Shown here: piece by piece, positions 9,942-19,928 of the stretch | Layout of the letters: the number at the start of each line of letters is the position of its first letter | Numbering within the stretch: the stretch's first letter is position 1 | Assembly: GCA_012270965.1 (NCBI GenBank) | Contig: JAAXHJ010000066.1 | Span: 29,183 to 93,182, forward strand | Source: Candidatus Palauibacter poriticola | GTDB lineage: Bacteria > Gemmatimonadota > Gemmatimonadetes > Palauibacterales > Palauibacteraceae | Length of the DNA: 64,000 nt | Direction: 5' to 3' | Notes under the pieces: generated by a model | Told to the model about the DNA's origin: nothing | What the model saw: the letters and a program-made list of their open reading frames with translations, nothing else | The model's database searches: none | Program-made: the position numbers and the translations under genes

Positions 9942-12900
9942 GGTTCCACACTCCCTCGCGCCATGCCCGGAGCCGCCGGCCCGGAGCGGCCACCGAGGCC
10001 GTACCCCGGCTGCGGCCGGAGCGCGGCCGGGTCGCGGCGCTCGGGCCGCGGTCCCGGGTCGGGCCTCACGGATACGGATGGCTCGACAAGAACCGAATAT
10101 ACGACCGGCACGACGATCAGCGTGAGGAAGGTCGCGGAGATGAGGCCGCCGATCACCGCGACGGCCAGCGGGGCGCGGAGGTCGGCCCCGGCCCCCAGCC
10201 CGGCGGCGAGCGGGAGGAGCCCGACCACGGTCGTGATCGTCGTCATCACGATGGGACGAAGCCGCAGCCGGCCCGCTTCAAGGATCGCCGCCCGCTTCGC
10301 CAGCCCCGCCCGTCTCCGCTGGTTGATGAAGTCGACCTTCACGATGGCGTCGTTGACGACGATGCCGATGAGGATCACGAGCCCGATGCCGCTCATGGCG
10401 TTGAGGCCGTCCCCGGCGATCCAGAGCGCCGTCACCGCCCCGATCGCCGCCAGCGGCACCGCGGTGAGGACGACGAGCGGCTGCACGAGCGACTCGAACT
10501 GGGCGGCCATGATGAGGAAGACGAGGGCCAGCGCGAGGGCGAAGGCGAAGGTGAGCGAGCGGAAGCTGTCCTGCATCTCCTCGTTCTCGCCGCCGACGCG
10601 CACCGTCGTGAGCGCCGGCCGCGGGATATCCGCGATCGCGGCCTCCACCTCCCGGACGGCCGTCCGGAGTCCCCCCTCCGCCACGTCGGCGAGCACTTGG
10701 ATCGTGCGGTTCTGGTCCTCTCGCCGGATTTCGACCGGACCGAACCCCTGCCGGACCGTCACGAGTTCGCCGATCGGCACGCCCTGCAGCCGCAGCGCGA
10801 GCACCCGCTCGAGTTCCCGGCGGGCCGTCTCCGGAATCGTGACCCGGATGTCCACTTTGTCTGCGAAGACCGAGTACGCGTTTCTCGTCTCCGACCCCCG
10901 CAGGTAATCCTCGATCGCGGTCGCGACCGAAGTCACGGTGATCTGGTGGCGGGCCGCCACCTCCCGGTTGACCTCGATGACGAGTTCCGGCTGCGTGCGG
11001 AGGAAGTCCAGCCGGACATCGGCCAGCGCCGGCACGCCCGAGATGCGGGTCTCGATCGCCTCGGCGACCGGCACGAGTTCATCCAGCTCCCCGCTCTGCA
11101 CCTTCACCGCGAGGTCGGCCTCCCCGATCGCCAGCGCCCGGCCGAGGGAGGTGGCCCGTCCGGTTTCGATCGTCACGAAGGCCGGATCCAACCCGCTCCC
11201 CGCGAGTCGCGCGCGCAGCTCGGCGATCGCGTCGCGCGTCGGCCGCGACGACCCGGCGAGCTGGACGTCGAGCGCCGCGTTGTTGAGTCCGGTCAGGTCG
11301 CGCGCGGCGAGTTCGCTGCCCCGGCTGCGCCCTACCCGGGTGAAGACGCCCGAGACGTCCGCCATGCCGAGCAGGAGCCGCTCCACGTCCCGCGCCGCCT
11401 CGTCCGTCGTCCGAATGGGCGTCCCCTGCGGGAGGTTGAGTTCGACCCAGAACTGCCGCTCGTCGACGCGCGGCATGAGTCCCCGCGGGAGAGATGCGGC
11501 GAGCATGACGGCGCCGGCCAAGGCTACGACGGCGATCGAGAGAACCTCCAGCCGGTGCCCCAGCGCCCATGCGAGCGTCCGCTCGTACCGGTCCGCGAAA
11601 CGGAGGAAACCGCGCTCGAAGGCGCGCAGGAAGGGACCGAACAGCCGGCCCAGGATCCGGCCGACCCCGATCGCGACATCGACGCCCGTGAGCCGGACCG
11701 AGCGCCCCACGTAGGCGACCCCGCCCCCGACTCCGCGCACGACCGCGACGGCACCCCTCCGCAGCGCCCGGCCGAACTGGCGCAGGCGCCCCGGCCGCTC
11801 GGCTTCCGATGCGCCGGGCTGCCCCGAAGGGGAAGTCTCGCCGTCGAAGCCCGCAGCTTCTGCTCCGCGCCTCCCGCGAGCCACCTGGGCGGCGAGTACC
11901 GGGAGCAGCGTGAGCGCCACGAGCAGCGAGGCGAGGAGAGAGAAGGTGACCGCGAGCGACAGATCGCCGAAGAGCGCGCCCGCCACGCCCTCCACGTACA
12001 GCACCGGCCCGAACACGGCGATCGTGGTGAGCGTGGACGCCGTGATCGCGGCCGCAACCTCCCGGGCGCCCCGCCCGGCCGACTCCCGCGCGCTCCCGCC
12101 CGACTCCTCGCGGTGCCGGAAGATGTTCTCGAGCACCACGATGGAGTTGTCGACAAGGAGGCCGACCCCGAGCGCCATGCCGCCGAGAGACATGATGTTG
12201 AGACTCACGTCGAACGCGTAGCAGAGCGCGAAGGCCGCCATAACCGAGATCGGGATGGCGAGCCCGATCGCGAGCGGATACCTCGGATCCCGCAGGAAGA
12301 GGAAAAGAACGAGGAAGGCCAGCGCCCCGCCCAGCAGCAGGGCCGAGACGACGTTCGAGATCGCGTCCCGGATGAACGCCGCCTGGCTGGAGGCGATCTC
12401 GATCGAGATCCCGGGGAACTCCTCGCGGAGCTGGTCCAGCGTCTCGCGCACGCCGTCCGCCACGCGGACCGTGTTCGTGCCCGCCTCCTTGAACACCTGC
12501 AACCCGATCGCGGGCTCCCCGTTGTACCGCGCGATCGTCTCGAGATCCGCGATCGTGTCGACGACGGTGGCGACGTCGGCCAGCCGCACGGGGCGAACCC
12601 CGAGACGCTGCGGCCGCGCGATGACGACGTCGAGCAGTTCGTCGACCTCCCGGAACTGGCCCAGCGTGCGCAGGCTGTATTCGAACCGGCCCCGCTGGAT
12701 CGTGCCCCCGGGCGCGTTGTAGTTCGCCTGGTCGAGCGCGTTCGAGATCTCGCTGAGCGAGACCTCGTGCACGTCCAAGTATTCCGGGTCCACGATGACC
12801 CGCAACTCCCGCTCGGGCCCGCCGGTGAGCCCCGCCAGCGAAACGCCGTCCAACTGCTCCAAGCGGCGCTTGAAGACGACCTCGGACAGATCGCGCAGGT

Positions 12901-13348
12901 TTCTCAGATCGGCGCCGCTCACGGCCAGCGTCATGATCGGATCGCTCGTCGGGTCCGATCTCAGAATCGTGGGCCGCTCCGAGCCTTCGGGGAGGAGGTC
13001 GGAGAGGTTGTCCAGCTTCTCCCGCGTGTGGAGGGTCGCGAACTCCATGTCCGTGCCCCACGCGAACTGGAGCTGGACGAGCGACTGTCCCTCCCGCGAG
13101 CGCGAGGAGATGCCGCGCGCCCCCGGGATCGAGTACAGTCGCTGCTCGATGGGTTCCGTGATGAAACGCTCGACCTCCGCGGGCCCCGCGTCCGAATACG
13201 TCGTCCACACGGAGAGCGTGGGGAAGGCGACATCCGGCAGGAGGTCGATGGGCAGGCGGAGGAAGGACACCACGCCCAGCACGCCGATGCCCACGTAGAG
13301 CATCGCCGTGGCGACGGGCCGTCGAAGCGAGACGTCGGGAAGCGCCAA
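9938..13348 (-). CDS. RND efflux transporter (AcrB-like), permease subunit 1, carrying an ~90-aa hydrophilic insertion
   Basis: 1136 aa; MALPDVSLRRPVATAMLYVGIGVLG...; ATGA overlap with the downstream RND gene; insertion AAQVARGRRGAEAAGFDGETSPSGQPGASEAERPG... near the TM6/TM7 junction. Confidence 0.9.
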   Translation of the reverse strand: MALPDVSLRRPVATAMLYVGIGVLGVVSFLRLPIDLLPDVAFPTLSVWTTYSDAGPAEVERFITEPIEQRLYSIPGARGISSRSREGQSLVQLQFAWGTDMEFATLHTREKLDNLSDLLPEGSERPTILRSDPTSDPIMTLAVSGADLRNLRDLSEVVFKRRLEQLDGVSLAGLTGGPERELRVIVDPEYLDVHEVSLSEISNALDQANYNAPGGTIQRGRFEYSLRTLGQFREVDELLDVVIARPQRLGVRPVRLADVATVVDTIADLETIARYNGEPAIGLQVFKEAGTNTVRVADGVRETLDQLREEFPGISIEIASSQAAFIRDAISNVVSALLLGGALAFLVLFLFLRDPRYPLAIGLAIPISVMAAFALCYAFDVSLNIMSLGGMALGVGLLVDNSIVVLENIFRHREESGGSARESAGRGAREVAAAITASTLTTIAVFGPVLYVEGVAGALFGDLSLAVTFSLLASLLVALTLLPVLAAQVARGRRGAEAAGFDGETSPSGQPGASEAERPGRLRQFGRALRRGAVAVVRGVGGGVAYVGRSVRLTGVDVAIGVGRILGRLFGPFLRAFERGFLRFADRYERTLAWALGHRLEVLSIAVVALAGAVMLAASLPRGLMPRVDERQFWVELNLPQGTPIRTTDEAARDVERLLLGMADVSGVFTRVGRSRGSELAARDLTGLNNAALDVQLAGSSRPTRDAIAELRARLAGSGLDPAFVTIETGRATSLGRALAIGEADLAVKVQSGELDELVPVAEAIETRISGVPALADVRLDFLRTQPELVIEVNREVAARHQITVTSVATAIEDYLRGSETRNAYSVFADKVDIRVTIPETARRELERVLALRLQGVPIGELVTVRQGFGPVEIRREDQNRTIQVLADVAEGGLRTAVREVEAAIADIPRPALTTVRVGGENEEMQDSFRSLTFAFALALALVFLIMAAQFESLVQPLVVLTAVPLAAIGAVTALWIAGDGLNAMSGIGLVILIGIVVNDAIVKVDFINQRRRAGLAKRAAILEAGRLRLRPIVMTTITTVVGLLPLAAGLGAGADLRAPLAVAVIGGLISATFLTLIVVPVVYSVLVEPSVSVRPDPGPRPERRDPAALRPQPGYGLGGRSGPAAPGMARGSVEP

Positions 13349-13379
13349 GGTCAGCCGACTCGAATCGAGCGGAGTGTCG

Positions 13380-14777
13380 TCATGGGATGCCGGGCCTGCC
13401 CTCGATGTATTCGGCGAGACCGGACCACGCGAGTAGGTAATCGTACCGGCGCTGGATCAGCGAAGTCTCCGCGCGTTGCACCGCGTCGACGGCGTTCTGA
13501 AGCTCAACAAAGCTCCCGGTGCCGAGCCGGTACCGCTCCTGCTCCATGTCGAGACGCTCGCGCGAGATCGCATACGCCTGGTCCAACAGGCCGAGGGTCT
13601 GCGCCAATTCCCCGATATCGGCACCGTAGCGCCGCACGTCGCGCTCGATCTCCAGCCGCCGGCGCCGCAGGTCTTCCTCGGCCTGCCGTCTGGCGGCCGA
13701 TGCCTGCGCATTCTGCTGCTCACGCTGGAAGCCGTCGAAGAGGCTCCAAGAGGCCGAGATCCCGAAGCTGTGACTCGTGTCGCCGGGGTCGAACTGCCAG
13801 AACGAGTCCTCGGGACCGAAATTCTCACCGCGACCCCAGCCCAGACTCACGCTGATGCGTGGCAGGTAGCGGGTGCGGGCGGACCACAACGACGCGGCGG
13901 CGGCGGAGCGTTCCGCCTCGAGCGCCGCAAGCTCGGGATCGGAGGTCACGGCCGTCCGAACGATGAGGGCGATATCGGGGACGCCCTCGGGCATGCCATC
14001 GTCGCCCGCGAGCACGAGGCCATCCCCCGCTTCGGGCGGCAGTCCCATGGACACCACGAGTTGGCGGAGCCCGGCGCGCAACTGGTTTTCTTCGGCGTTG
14101 AGGGCTATCCGCGCATTCAGGAGGTTCGTCTCCGCGCCGAGCACATCCGTTCGTTCCACGGCCGCGATCTCGTACCGGCGGCTGGCGATCTCGAGTTCGA
14201 GTTCCCGGTCCGTGATTTGAGTTCGCGTAAGCTCCAGCAGTTCCTGTCGCCGCAAGGCTTCGAGGAACTCCCGGCGCACCGTCAGCACGACGTCGCGCTG
14301 CTGGTTGTCGTAGCGTCGCTGCGCAGCGCGAAGGCTTGCCGTGGACCGCGAGATCTCGGAGAAGCGCCGGCCGCCATCGAGCAGGGTCCAGTTCAGGCTC
14401 AGCCCCTGGCTTGCACTCTGGCTCGAAGACGTGAGCGTACCCGGGAGCGTCTCCGACAACCCTTCCTCGCCGACGAACGTGGTCCGCGAGAAGCCCGACC
14501 GGTTGAGCCCGGCGCTCACGCCGGCCGTGGGGAGAAGGGCTCCCCACGCAGCCAACCGGTCGGTGCCCGCCCGATCCGCCTGAGCCCCGGATATCCGCAA
14601 AACCGGACTCTCGCTGAGGGCGACTCGGATCGCCCCCGTGATGTCGAGCGTATCCGGGAGCGCCAACCCCTGCGCCACCGAGGGCGCAGGGGCCGCGAGA
14701 CCTCCAGTCGCGAGCAGGGCGGCGAGCGCCGCCGCCGCGCGGGAGCAAGGCCTGCGTTGTCCGCCTCCGGGCCTCAC
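13380..14777 (-). CDS. outer-membrane efflux protein (TolC-like OMF)
   Basis: Two repeat units of the TolC fold; signal VRPGGGQRRPCSRAAAALAALLATGGLAAPAPSVAQ; GTG at 14777 overlaps the MFP stop (GTGA). Confidence 0.8.
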   Translation of the reverse strand: MRPGGGQRRPCSRAAAALAALLATGGLAAPAPSVAQGLALPDTLDITGAIRVALSESPVLRISGAQADRAGTDRLAAWGALLPTAGVSAGLNRSGFSRTTFVGEEGLSETLPGTLTSSSQSASQGLSLNWTLLDGGRRFSEISRSTASLRAAQRRYDNQQRDVVLTVRREFLEALRRQELLELTRTQITDRELELEIASRRYEIAAVERTDVLGAETNLLNARIALNAEENQLRAGLRQLVVSMGLPPEAGDGLVLAGDDGMPEGVPDIALIVRTAVTSDPELAALEAERSAAAASLWSARTRYLPRISVSLGWGRGENFGPEDSFWQFDPGDTSHSFGISASWSLFDGFQREQQNAQASAARRQAEEDLRRRRLEIERDVRRYGADIGELAQTLGLLDQAYAISRERLDMEQERYRLGTGSFVELQNAVDAVQRAETSLIQRRYDYLLAWSGLAEYIEGRPGIP

Positions 14778-16036
14778 CGCGAACCGTCCGTGGAGCCACT
14801 CGCCGAACCGTCCGTCGCTCCGTCGGCGGCCGGCTCCGTCGGCGTCTCCAGCTCGCCGTGGTTTTCGATCCGCACCTGGGTGTCGTGCGTGAGCGTGGCG
14901 TGGCCGTCGACGAGCACGACCTCGCCGCCCGCGGGTACGAAGGTGTCGTCGCCGTCCGGGTTGGGGATGATCTCGACCTGCGTGTCGTTCTCGAGGCCGA
15001 GCGTGACGTATTCCCACTGCGCGCGCCCCGCATCCGACCCCGGGGCTCCCTCCTCGAAGACGAACACCACCTGGCGCCGGTTCCGCTCGACGACCGCTTC
15101 CTTCGGCACGAACGTCCGGTCCGCGAGCTGGCGGCCGGCGATCCGCACGTTCCCCGGCATCCCCGGCACGATCCGGGCCTCGGGATTCGACAGGCGCACC
15201 GTGACCCGCGCCGTCTGCGTCTCAGGATCGATCAAGGGGTTCACGCTCACGACGCTGCCCTGAAAGACCTCCCCCCGGAGCGCGGCGAAGGTGGCGGTCG
15301 CCTGCCGCCCCACCTCCACGAGCGGGAGTTCGGAATGGAGAACCTCGGCATCGATATCGATCTCGGATAGGTCGACGATCGTTGCGATCGAATCGCCCGT
15401 TCTGACGCGGCTCCCGTGCGCCACTCCGAGGTTCGCCACCAAGCCGGCAAAGGGGGCGACGATCCGCGTCTTCTCCAGTTCGTAGCGAGCTTCCGCGAGT
15501 TGCGCCTCCTGGTCGGGGAGCCCCACCCGGATGCGGGCCTGCTCGGCACGAGCCAGCCGGACCGAATCCGGCAACTCCTCATCGAAGAGTACGCGGTCCA
15601 GATACTCCGCCTCGGCGCGCGCCACCGCGGCTTCCACCCGCTGCTCCCGGATCTCGTAGAGCGTGGGATCGATCCGCACCAGGAGCTGGCCCGCGCGCAC
15701 ATGCGTCCCCTCCTGCACCGATACCGCGGTCACGGGTCCTTGGACCTCCGCATGGAGCGGGGCCCGGCGGAGAGATGCGGCCCGCCCGCTCGCCGTGACC
15801 CAGAGCACGAAGGTGTCGCGCTGGATGACGGCCCCCTCGACGGGAAGGAAGATATCCGTGGCGAAGGCGGCCGCCGAAGCCGTCCCCCGCACCGCCTCGA
15901 CCACGGAGTCGGCCGCCGGGTCTCCGAAGGTCTGCGGTCCCTCTTCCTCGTCCTCGTTCAGCCGCATGAAGATACCGGTGACGGCCGCGCCCGCGACGAG
16001 CAGAACGATCAACGTGACCCAATGACGTGCCTTCAT
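14774..16036 (-). CDS. RND efflux periplasmic adaptor (membrane fusion protein, HlyD/AcrA family)
   Basis: N-terminal TM MKARHWVTLIVLLVAGAAV, then coiled-coil, lipoyl and beta-barrel segments. Confidence 0.85.
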   Translation of the reverse strand: MKARHWVTLIVLLVAGAAVTGIFMRLNEDEEEGPQTFGDPAADSVVEAVRGTASAAAFATDIFLPVEGAVIQRDTFVLWVTASGRAASLRRAPLHAEVQGPVTAVSVQEGTHVRAGQLLVRIDPTLYEIREQRVEAAVARAEAEYLDRVLFDEELPDSVRLARAEQARIRVGLPDQEAQLAEARYELEKTRIVAPFAGLVANLGVAHGSRVRTGDSIATIVDLSEIDIDAEVLHSELPLVEVGRQATATFAALRGEVFQGSVVSVNPLIDPETQTARVTVRLSNPEARIVPGMPGNVRIAGRQLADRTFVPKEAVVERNRRQVVFVFEEGAPGSDAGRAQWEYVTLGLENDTQVEIIPNPDGDDTFVPAGGEVVLVDGHATLTHDTQVRIENHGELETPTEPAADGATDGSASGSTDGSR

Positions 16037-16515
16037 AAGCCTCGCACCGCTGTGTTCGGGGGCGCGTTCCTCGCCCCTCGATGTTCAAGTCATCGCCCCG
16101 GTCGTCCCCCAAGGCACCGACCACCGAGCAGTCACAACCGACATCGATCGACCAAGCGGGTCGGACCGAGTAGTCGCGTCAGGCTCAATCTATCGCAGAA
16201 CCGTCAACCGTGTATCAATCGGAGGGGATCGAGGCTTTGACACGGGAACACGTTCCGACCGTTGTACGGCCCGGGGACCGTCCGCCTCACTCCGCGAGGG
16301 AACCTACGCCGAGGGGGACGCCCGGCCAACTAGTTAATTAGTAGAGCGTGCTCCCATGGCCCGTCGAGCGCAGGGCGAGCGCCGACGGAGGCAACGGGAC
16401 GGGGCGCGCGGAGCGAGAACCCGTCGGTCACCGTGCCGGAACGCGGCTGTGGACGGCTACGCGTTGGGCGCGAATTCGCGTCGAGCCGCACCACACCCAC
16501 GGTGTGCCGGTCAGA

Positions 16516-17682
16516 TCAGATCCAGTCCTTCTTGCGGAAGTCCGTCATGACTTCGGCGAGCTTCTCCATGTCGGACGGGAGGCCCATCGAGAGCCGGCTC
16601 CAGTCCGTCATCGGCGGGAACGGGCGGCCCACGTTGAACCCGGCCTCGTACATGCGCTCGTTGTAGGTCGCGAGTTCGCCCTTGATCCGGTGCATGATGA
16701 AGTTCGTGTGGCTCGGCAGCACCTCAATGTCGAGCTGGGCGAGGGCGTCGTGCATGACCGCCTTCGCCTCGTTGTTCGTCTTCACGCTCTGGGCGAAGAA
16801 GTCCTCGTCGGCGAGCGAGGCGATGGCGGCGACGCCCGCGACGTGATTGGGCGCGTTCCGCGTCGCGAAGGGGAGAACCCGCTGGACGGTGGCCTCGTGC
16901 GCGACTCCGTAGCCGAGACGAATCCCGGCCATCGCGTACACCTTGGAGAAGGTGCGGGCGACGATCAGGTTCGGGTGGCGCTCGATGAGCGGGATGAAGG
17001 TCTCGTAGCCGGGATCGTCCGCGAGTTCGAAGTACGCTTCGTCCACGAGGAAGAGGTGCTGCTCGCTCTCGTCGCGGATCCAGTCCGCGATGGGCCTGGT
17101 CGAGGTGAGCGTACCCGTCGGGTTGTTCGGGTTGCAGAAGTAGATCACGCTCGGCGCGGACGACTTGGCGACCTCCTCGCGCATGCGGTCGATGTCGTGT
17201 GCGTAGTCGCTCGTGAGCGGAACCGTGACATGATCGTACGCGAACGGCTGCGAGTACCGGGGGACGTCCTCGTACGTCGGCTCCGCGTAGATGAGGCGGC
17301 CGCCGGGCGCCGCCCAGGCCGCCGCGGCGATGCGCAGGATCTCGGTCGATCCGGAGCCGAAGAAGAGCTGGCCGGGCTTGACGCCGAGGCGCGCGACGAG
17401 CGCCTCGCGCACGAGTTCGCCGGTCGCGCCGGGATAGCGGTTCGCCTCGTCGAGTCCGTCGATGATCGCCTGCCGCGCCGACGGAGCGATGCCGAGCGGG
17501 TTCTCGTTCGAACTCAGCCGGACGGGTCCGTTGTAGTCGCGTCCCGGTCGGCGCGGGTTGAAGATGGTGTCGAGACCGCGCGCCGTCGTCGCGCCCGCCA
17601 GGGGTGCGGCAAGGGGTGCGGCGGCGATGCCGGCAACGCCGGCGCCCGTGAGTCCGGTTCGGAGAAACGCCCTTCGCTTCAT
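16516..17682 (-). CDS. class-II (HisC-like) PLP aminotransferase with a Tat signal peptide
   Basis: MKRRAFLRTGLTGAGVAGIAAAPLAAPLAGA (twin-arginine RRAFL); aminotransferase motifs SSNENPLG, FCNPNNPTG, ARTFSKVYAMAGIRLGY; GGGAGG SD 5 nt upstream. Confidence 0.85.
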   Translation of the reverse strand: MKRRAFLRTGLTGAGVAGIAAAPLAAPLAGATTARGLDTIFNPRRPGRDYNGPVRLSSNENPLGIAPSARQAIIDGLDEANRYPGATGELVREALVARLGVKPGQLFFGSGSTEILRIAAAAWAAPGGRLIYAEPTYEDVPRYSQPFAYDHVTVPLTSDYAHDIDRMREEVAKSSAPSVIYFCNPNNPTGTLTSTRPIADWIRDESEQHLFLVDEAYFELADDPGYETFIPLIERHPNLIVARTFSKVYAMAGIRLGYGVAHEATVQRVLPFATRNAPNHVAGVAAIASLADEDFFAQSVKTNNEAKAVMHDALAQLDIEVLPSHTNFIMHRIKGELATYNERMYEAGFNVGRPFPPMTDWSRLSMGLPSDMEKLAEVMTDFRKKDWI

Positions 17683-18079
17683 GTGGCCTCCCTGATGTTC
17701 CGAGGACGCCGCCGCCGCGGGGAGGCGGCGCGCGTCCGTCCCGCGCGTGCGGCTACGGACCTGTTGTAACGCGACCGTTGGAACATGGCCGTTGTCCCGG
17801 CGTTCGTCCAGCATGGCGGGTTCAGGCGGGATGCAGCGCCGCTCGAACGCAGCGGGGCCTTCGCCACGGGCTGCCGAGACACCCGTGTCCGGCGGGCCGC
17901 GCACCATCCACCCTACGCCATCCGCACCTGTACAGTTATGTTTTCTTCCGCGGGTGCCCCCGCCGGCCGTTGGTGGTGGGCGAGGACGGCCCCGATCGGC
18001 ATTGCGGATTCTTGCTTGCCGCCGTCGCACATCGGCGCGGCGGCTCTGTTCATGAAGACACTTGTGACGGATTGCGACT

Positions 18080-19867
18080 GTGACTGAATCGACGTTCACC
18101 TCCCTTGAACAGCTTGGTGCCTGGGAACTCGCCGCCAAGGGGCGGGCCCTGCACGTGACGGCGCAGATCGCCGCTGGCGCGGACGGACGCCCCGCGGTTG
18201 GCGAATGCCGCACGGCGGCCATCGACTGCATCGGGCGCCGCCTCGCCGGCGAGTTGCCGCGGAAGGCATCCCGGCACCGGTCCTTCCACTTCGACGACGG
18301 GCAGACGAATTGCCGGGTGGTTCGCCAGCGCAGCGGCCGCGGGGATTTTTGGGCGGCGCGCGTGGAGTCGCGCGCGGAACCCGACCGCGCCCTCGTGACC
18401 GAAATCGTCGTCGCGGCGCCCGGCGACGAGCGGGAGCCGACGGTCGGGGTCCGTGTCCCGGGCTGGCCGGCTTCGGCAGGCCAGGCGCAGGAGACCCTTC
18501 CTCCGGCCGTGCTGCGCCACATTGCCGGGGCGGCTCCCCTCCTTCAGGGTGGCGACGCCCTGGTCCTCGACCCCGCGGCGGTGTGGACTCCGCAGGAGAT
18601 GCACGAGTTCATCACCACGCTCGTCGATCCGGCGCGTTCGCTGCCGGTCGTCGTCATCACGGAACCGACTCTGGGGGGCGATGCGCGCGCCCTGCTGGAA
18701 CGGTCGGCGCGGGTGGCCCGCGCGCTGACCGGACTGGCCACCGTGACCGTGCTTCCACAACGGTTCACGTACACGCTGAGCGATACCGTCACGAAGACGC
18801 TCTCGGTGTACGACGGCGCCTGGCGGGTGTACCTGCCCGGCTTCAGCCCGCAGGCCCGGCGCTTCGACCATCCGGTGTACCTGCGCGACCGTGTGGAGAC
18901 GGCGGACGGCTTCGAGGCGACGACGCAGGAGGTCCTACGGATCGTCGGCGACCACCATGTGCGGACGACCGAGGGGGATCAACTCCGCTTCGATGCGGTT
19001 CTGCCTCGCAAAGACCGGCTCGCCGATGCCGCGCTCGGCCTCGCCGCGCCGTGGCGGCGCCTCCCGGCCGCCGTGTCGGCGGGCGCGGCCCGGCTGGCCG
19101 TGCGGCCGCGCCGGTGGATGGGACGGCGGCGCGCACACGGACCCGCGACCACGCCCGCCCCCGGTTCCGGCGCGGGGGTCTCGTCCGGCGGGACGGCCCC
19201 GGAAGTGCCCCAGCCCCCAGGCACGAAGACCAGGAAGACGGAGGCCGCGGCGCTGCGCAAAGAACTCTCCGGCGTGCGGCGCGACCTGCAGGCGGCGCGG
19301 AAAAAGAGCGAAACGCTGGCGGGCGAACGCGACCGCGCACGCGAGCTGGAGGCGGCCGCGCGAGAGGAGCGGCAGGGGGCGGAGCGGGAGGCGCGCCGGC
19401 TCGAGGGGCTGGTGCGGTTCCTGGGCGGCGACCCGCGGACGCCCTTCCCCGTCGCCTGGGACGAAATCCCCAAGTGGTGCGAATCGACGCTGGAGGGCCG
19501 CGTCGTGCTCGCGGAGCCGGTGCTAAGGGGTCTGCGGGGGACCCTGTTCGAGGATGTGGGGCTCGCCGCCATCTGTCTTCACTGGCTCGGCCACGAGTAC
19601 CGCGATGCCCGCCTGCACGGCGGCGACGGCCACCTTTACGGGCTCGTCCCCGGCCTGGCGGCCGGCATTCGCAACGAACGGTGCGGCGGGGACAGCTTCC
19701 AGTTCGACTGGCGCGGCGAGAAGCACCAGGTGGATTGGCACCTCAAGAACGGCGGAAACACCCGCGACCCCCGCCGCTGCCTGCGCGTCTACTACTTCTG
19801 GGACGCCAGCCGCCGGGAAGTCGTCGTCGCTTCGATGCCCTCCCACCGGCGGTCGGCCCTCACCTGA
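18080..19867 (+). CDS. uncharacterised 595-aa protein: N-terminal domain, G/P-rich linker, ~70-aa coiled coil, C-terminal domain
   Basis: Strong GC3 codon bias over its full length; GTG start after an in-frame TGA at 18065; coiled coil TKTRKTEAAALRKELSGVRRDLQAARKKSETLAGERDRARELEAAAREERQGAEREARRLEG; no known catalytic motif recognised. Confidence 0.6.
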   Translation: MTESTFTSLEQLGAWELAAKGRALHVTAQIAAGADGRPAVGECRTAAIDCIGRRLAGELPRKASRHRSFHFDDGQTNCRVVRQRSGRGDFWAARVESRAEPDRALVTEIVVAAPGDEREPTVGVRVPGWPASAGQAQETLPPAVLRHIAGAAPLLQGGDALVLDPAAVWTPQEMHEFITTLVDPARSLPVVVITEPTLGGDARALLERSARVARALTGLATVTVLPQRFTYTLSDTVTKTLSVYDGAWRVYLPGFSPQARRFDHPVYLRDRVETADGFEATTQEVLRIVGDHHVRTTEGDQLRFDAVLPRKDRLADAALGLAAPWRRLPAAVSAGAARLAVRPRRWMGRRRAHGPATTPAPGSGAGVSSGGTAPEVPQPPGTKTRKTEAAALRKELSGVRRDLQAARKKSETLAGERDRARELEAAAREERQGAEREARRLEGLVRFLGGDPRTPFPVAWDEIPKWCESTLEGRVVLAEPVLRGLRGTLFEDVGLAAICLHWLGHEYRDARLHGGDGHLYGLVPGLAAGIRNERCGGDSFQFDWRGEKHQVDWHLKNGGNTRDPRRCLRVYYFWDASRREVVVASMPSHRRSALT

Positions 19868-19928
19868 TCGCGCCGGGGTGCTCGCACGCCGCACGCCGGG
19901 CGTGGACATGCCGTTACGCAGCTGACCG

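Noticed and set aside
10697-13855. 1052-aa plus-strand ORF, and the 709-aa minus-strand ORF at 11079-13208
   Set aside because: Antisense or alternate-frame shadows of the RND-1 gene. The RND frame carries the AcrB motifs.
16348-17769. 473-aa plus-strand ORF
   Set aside because: Antisense to the Tat-aminotransferase gene.
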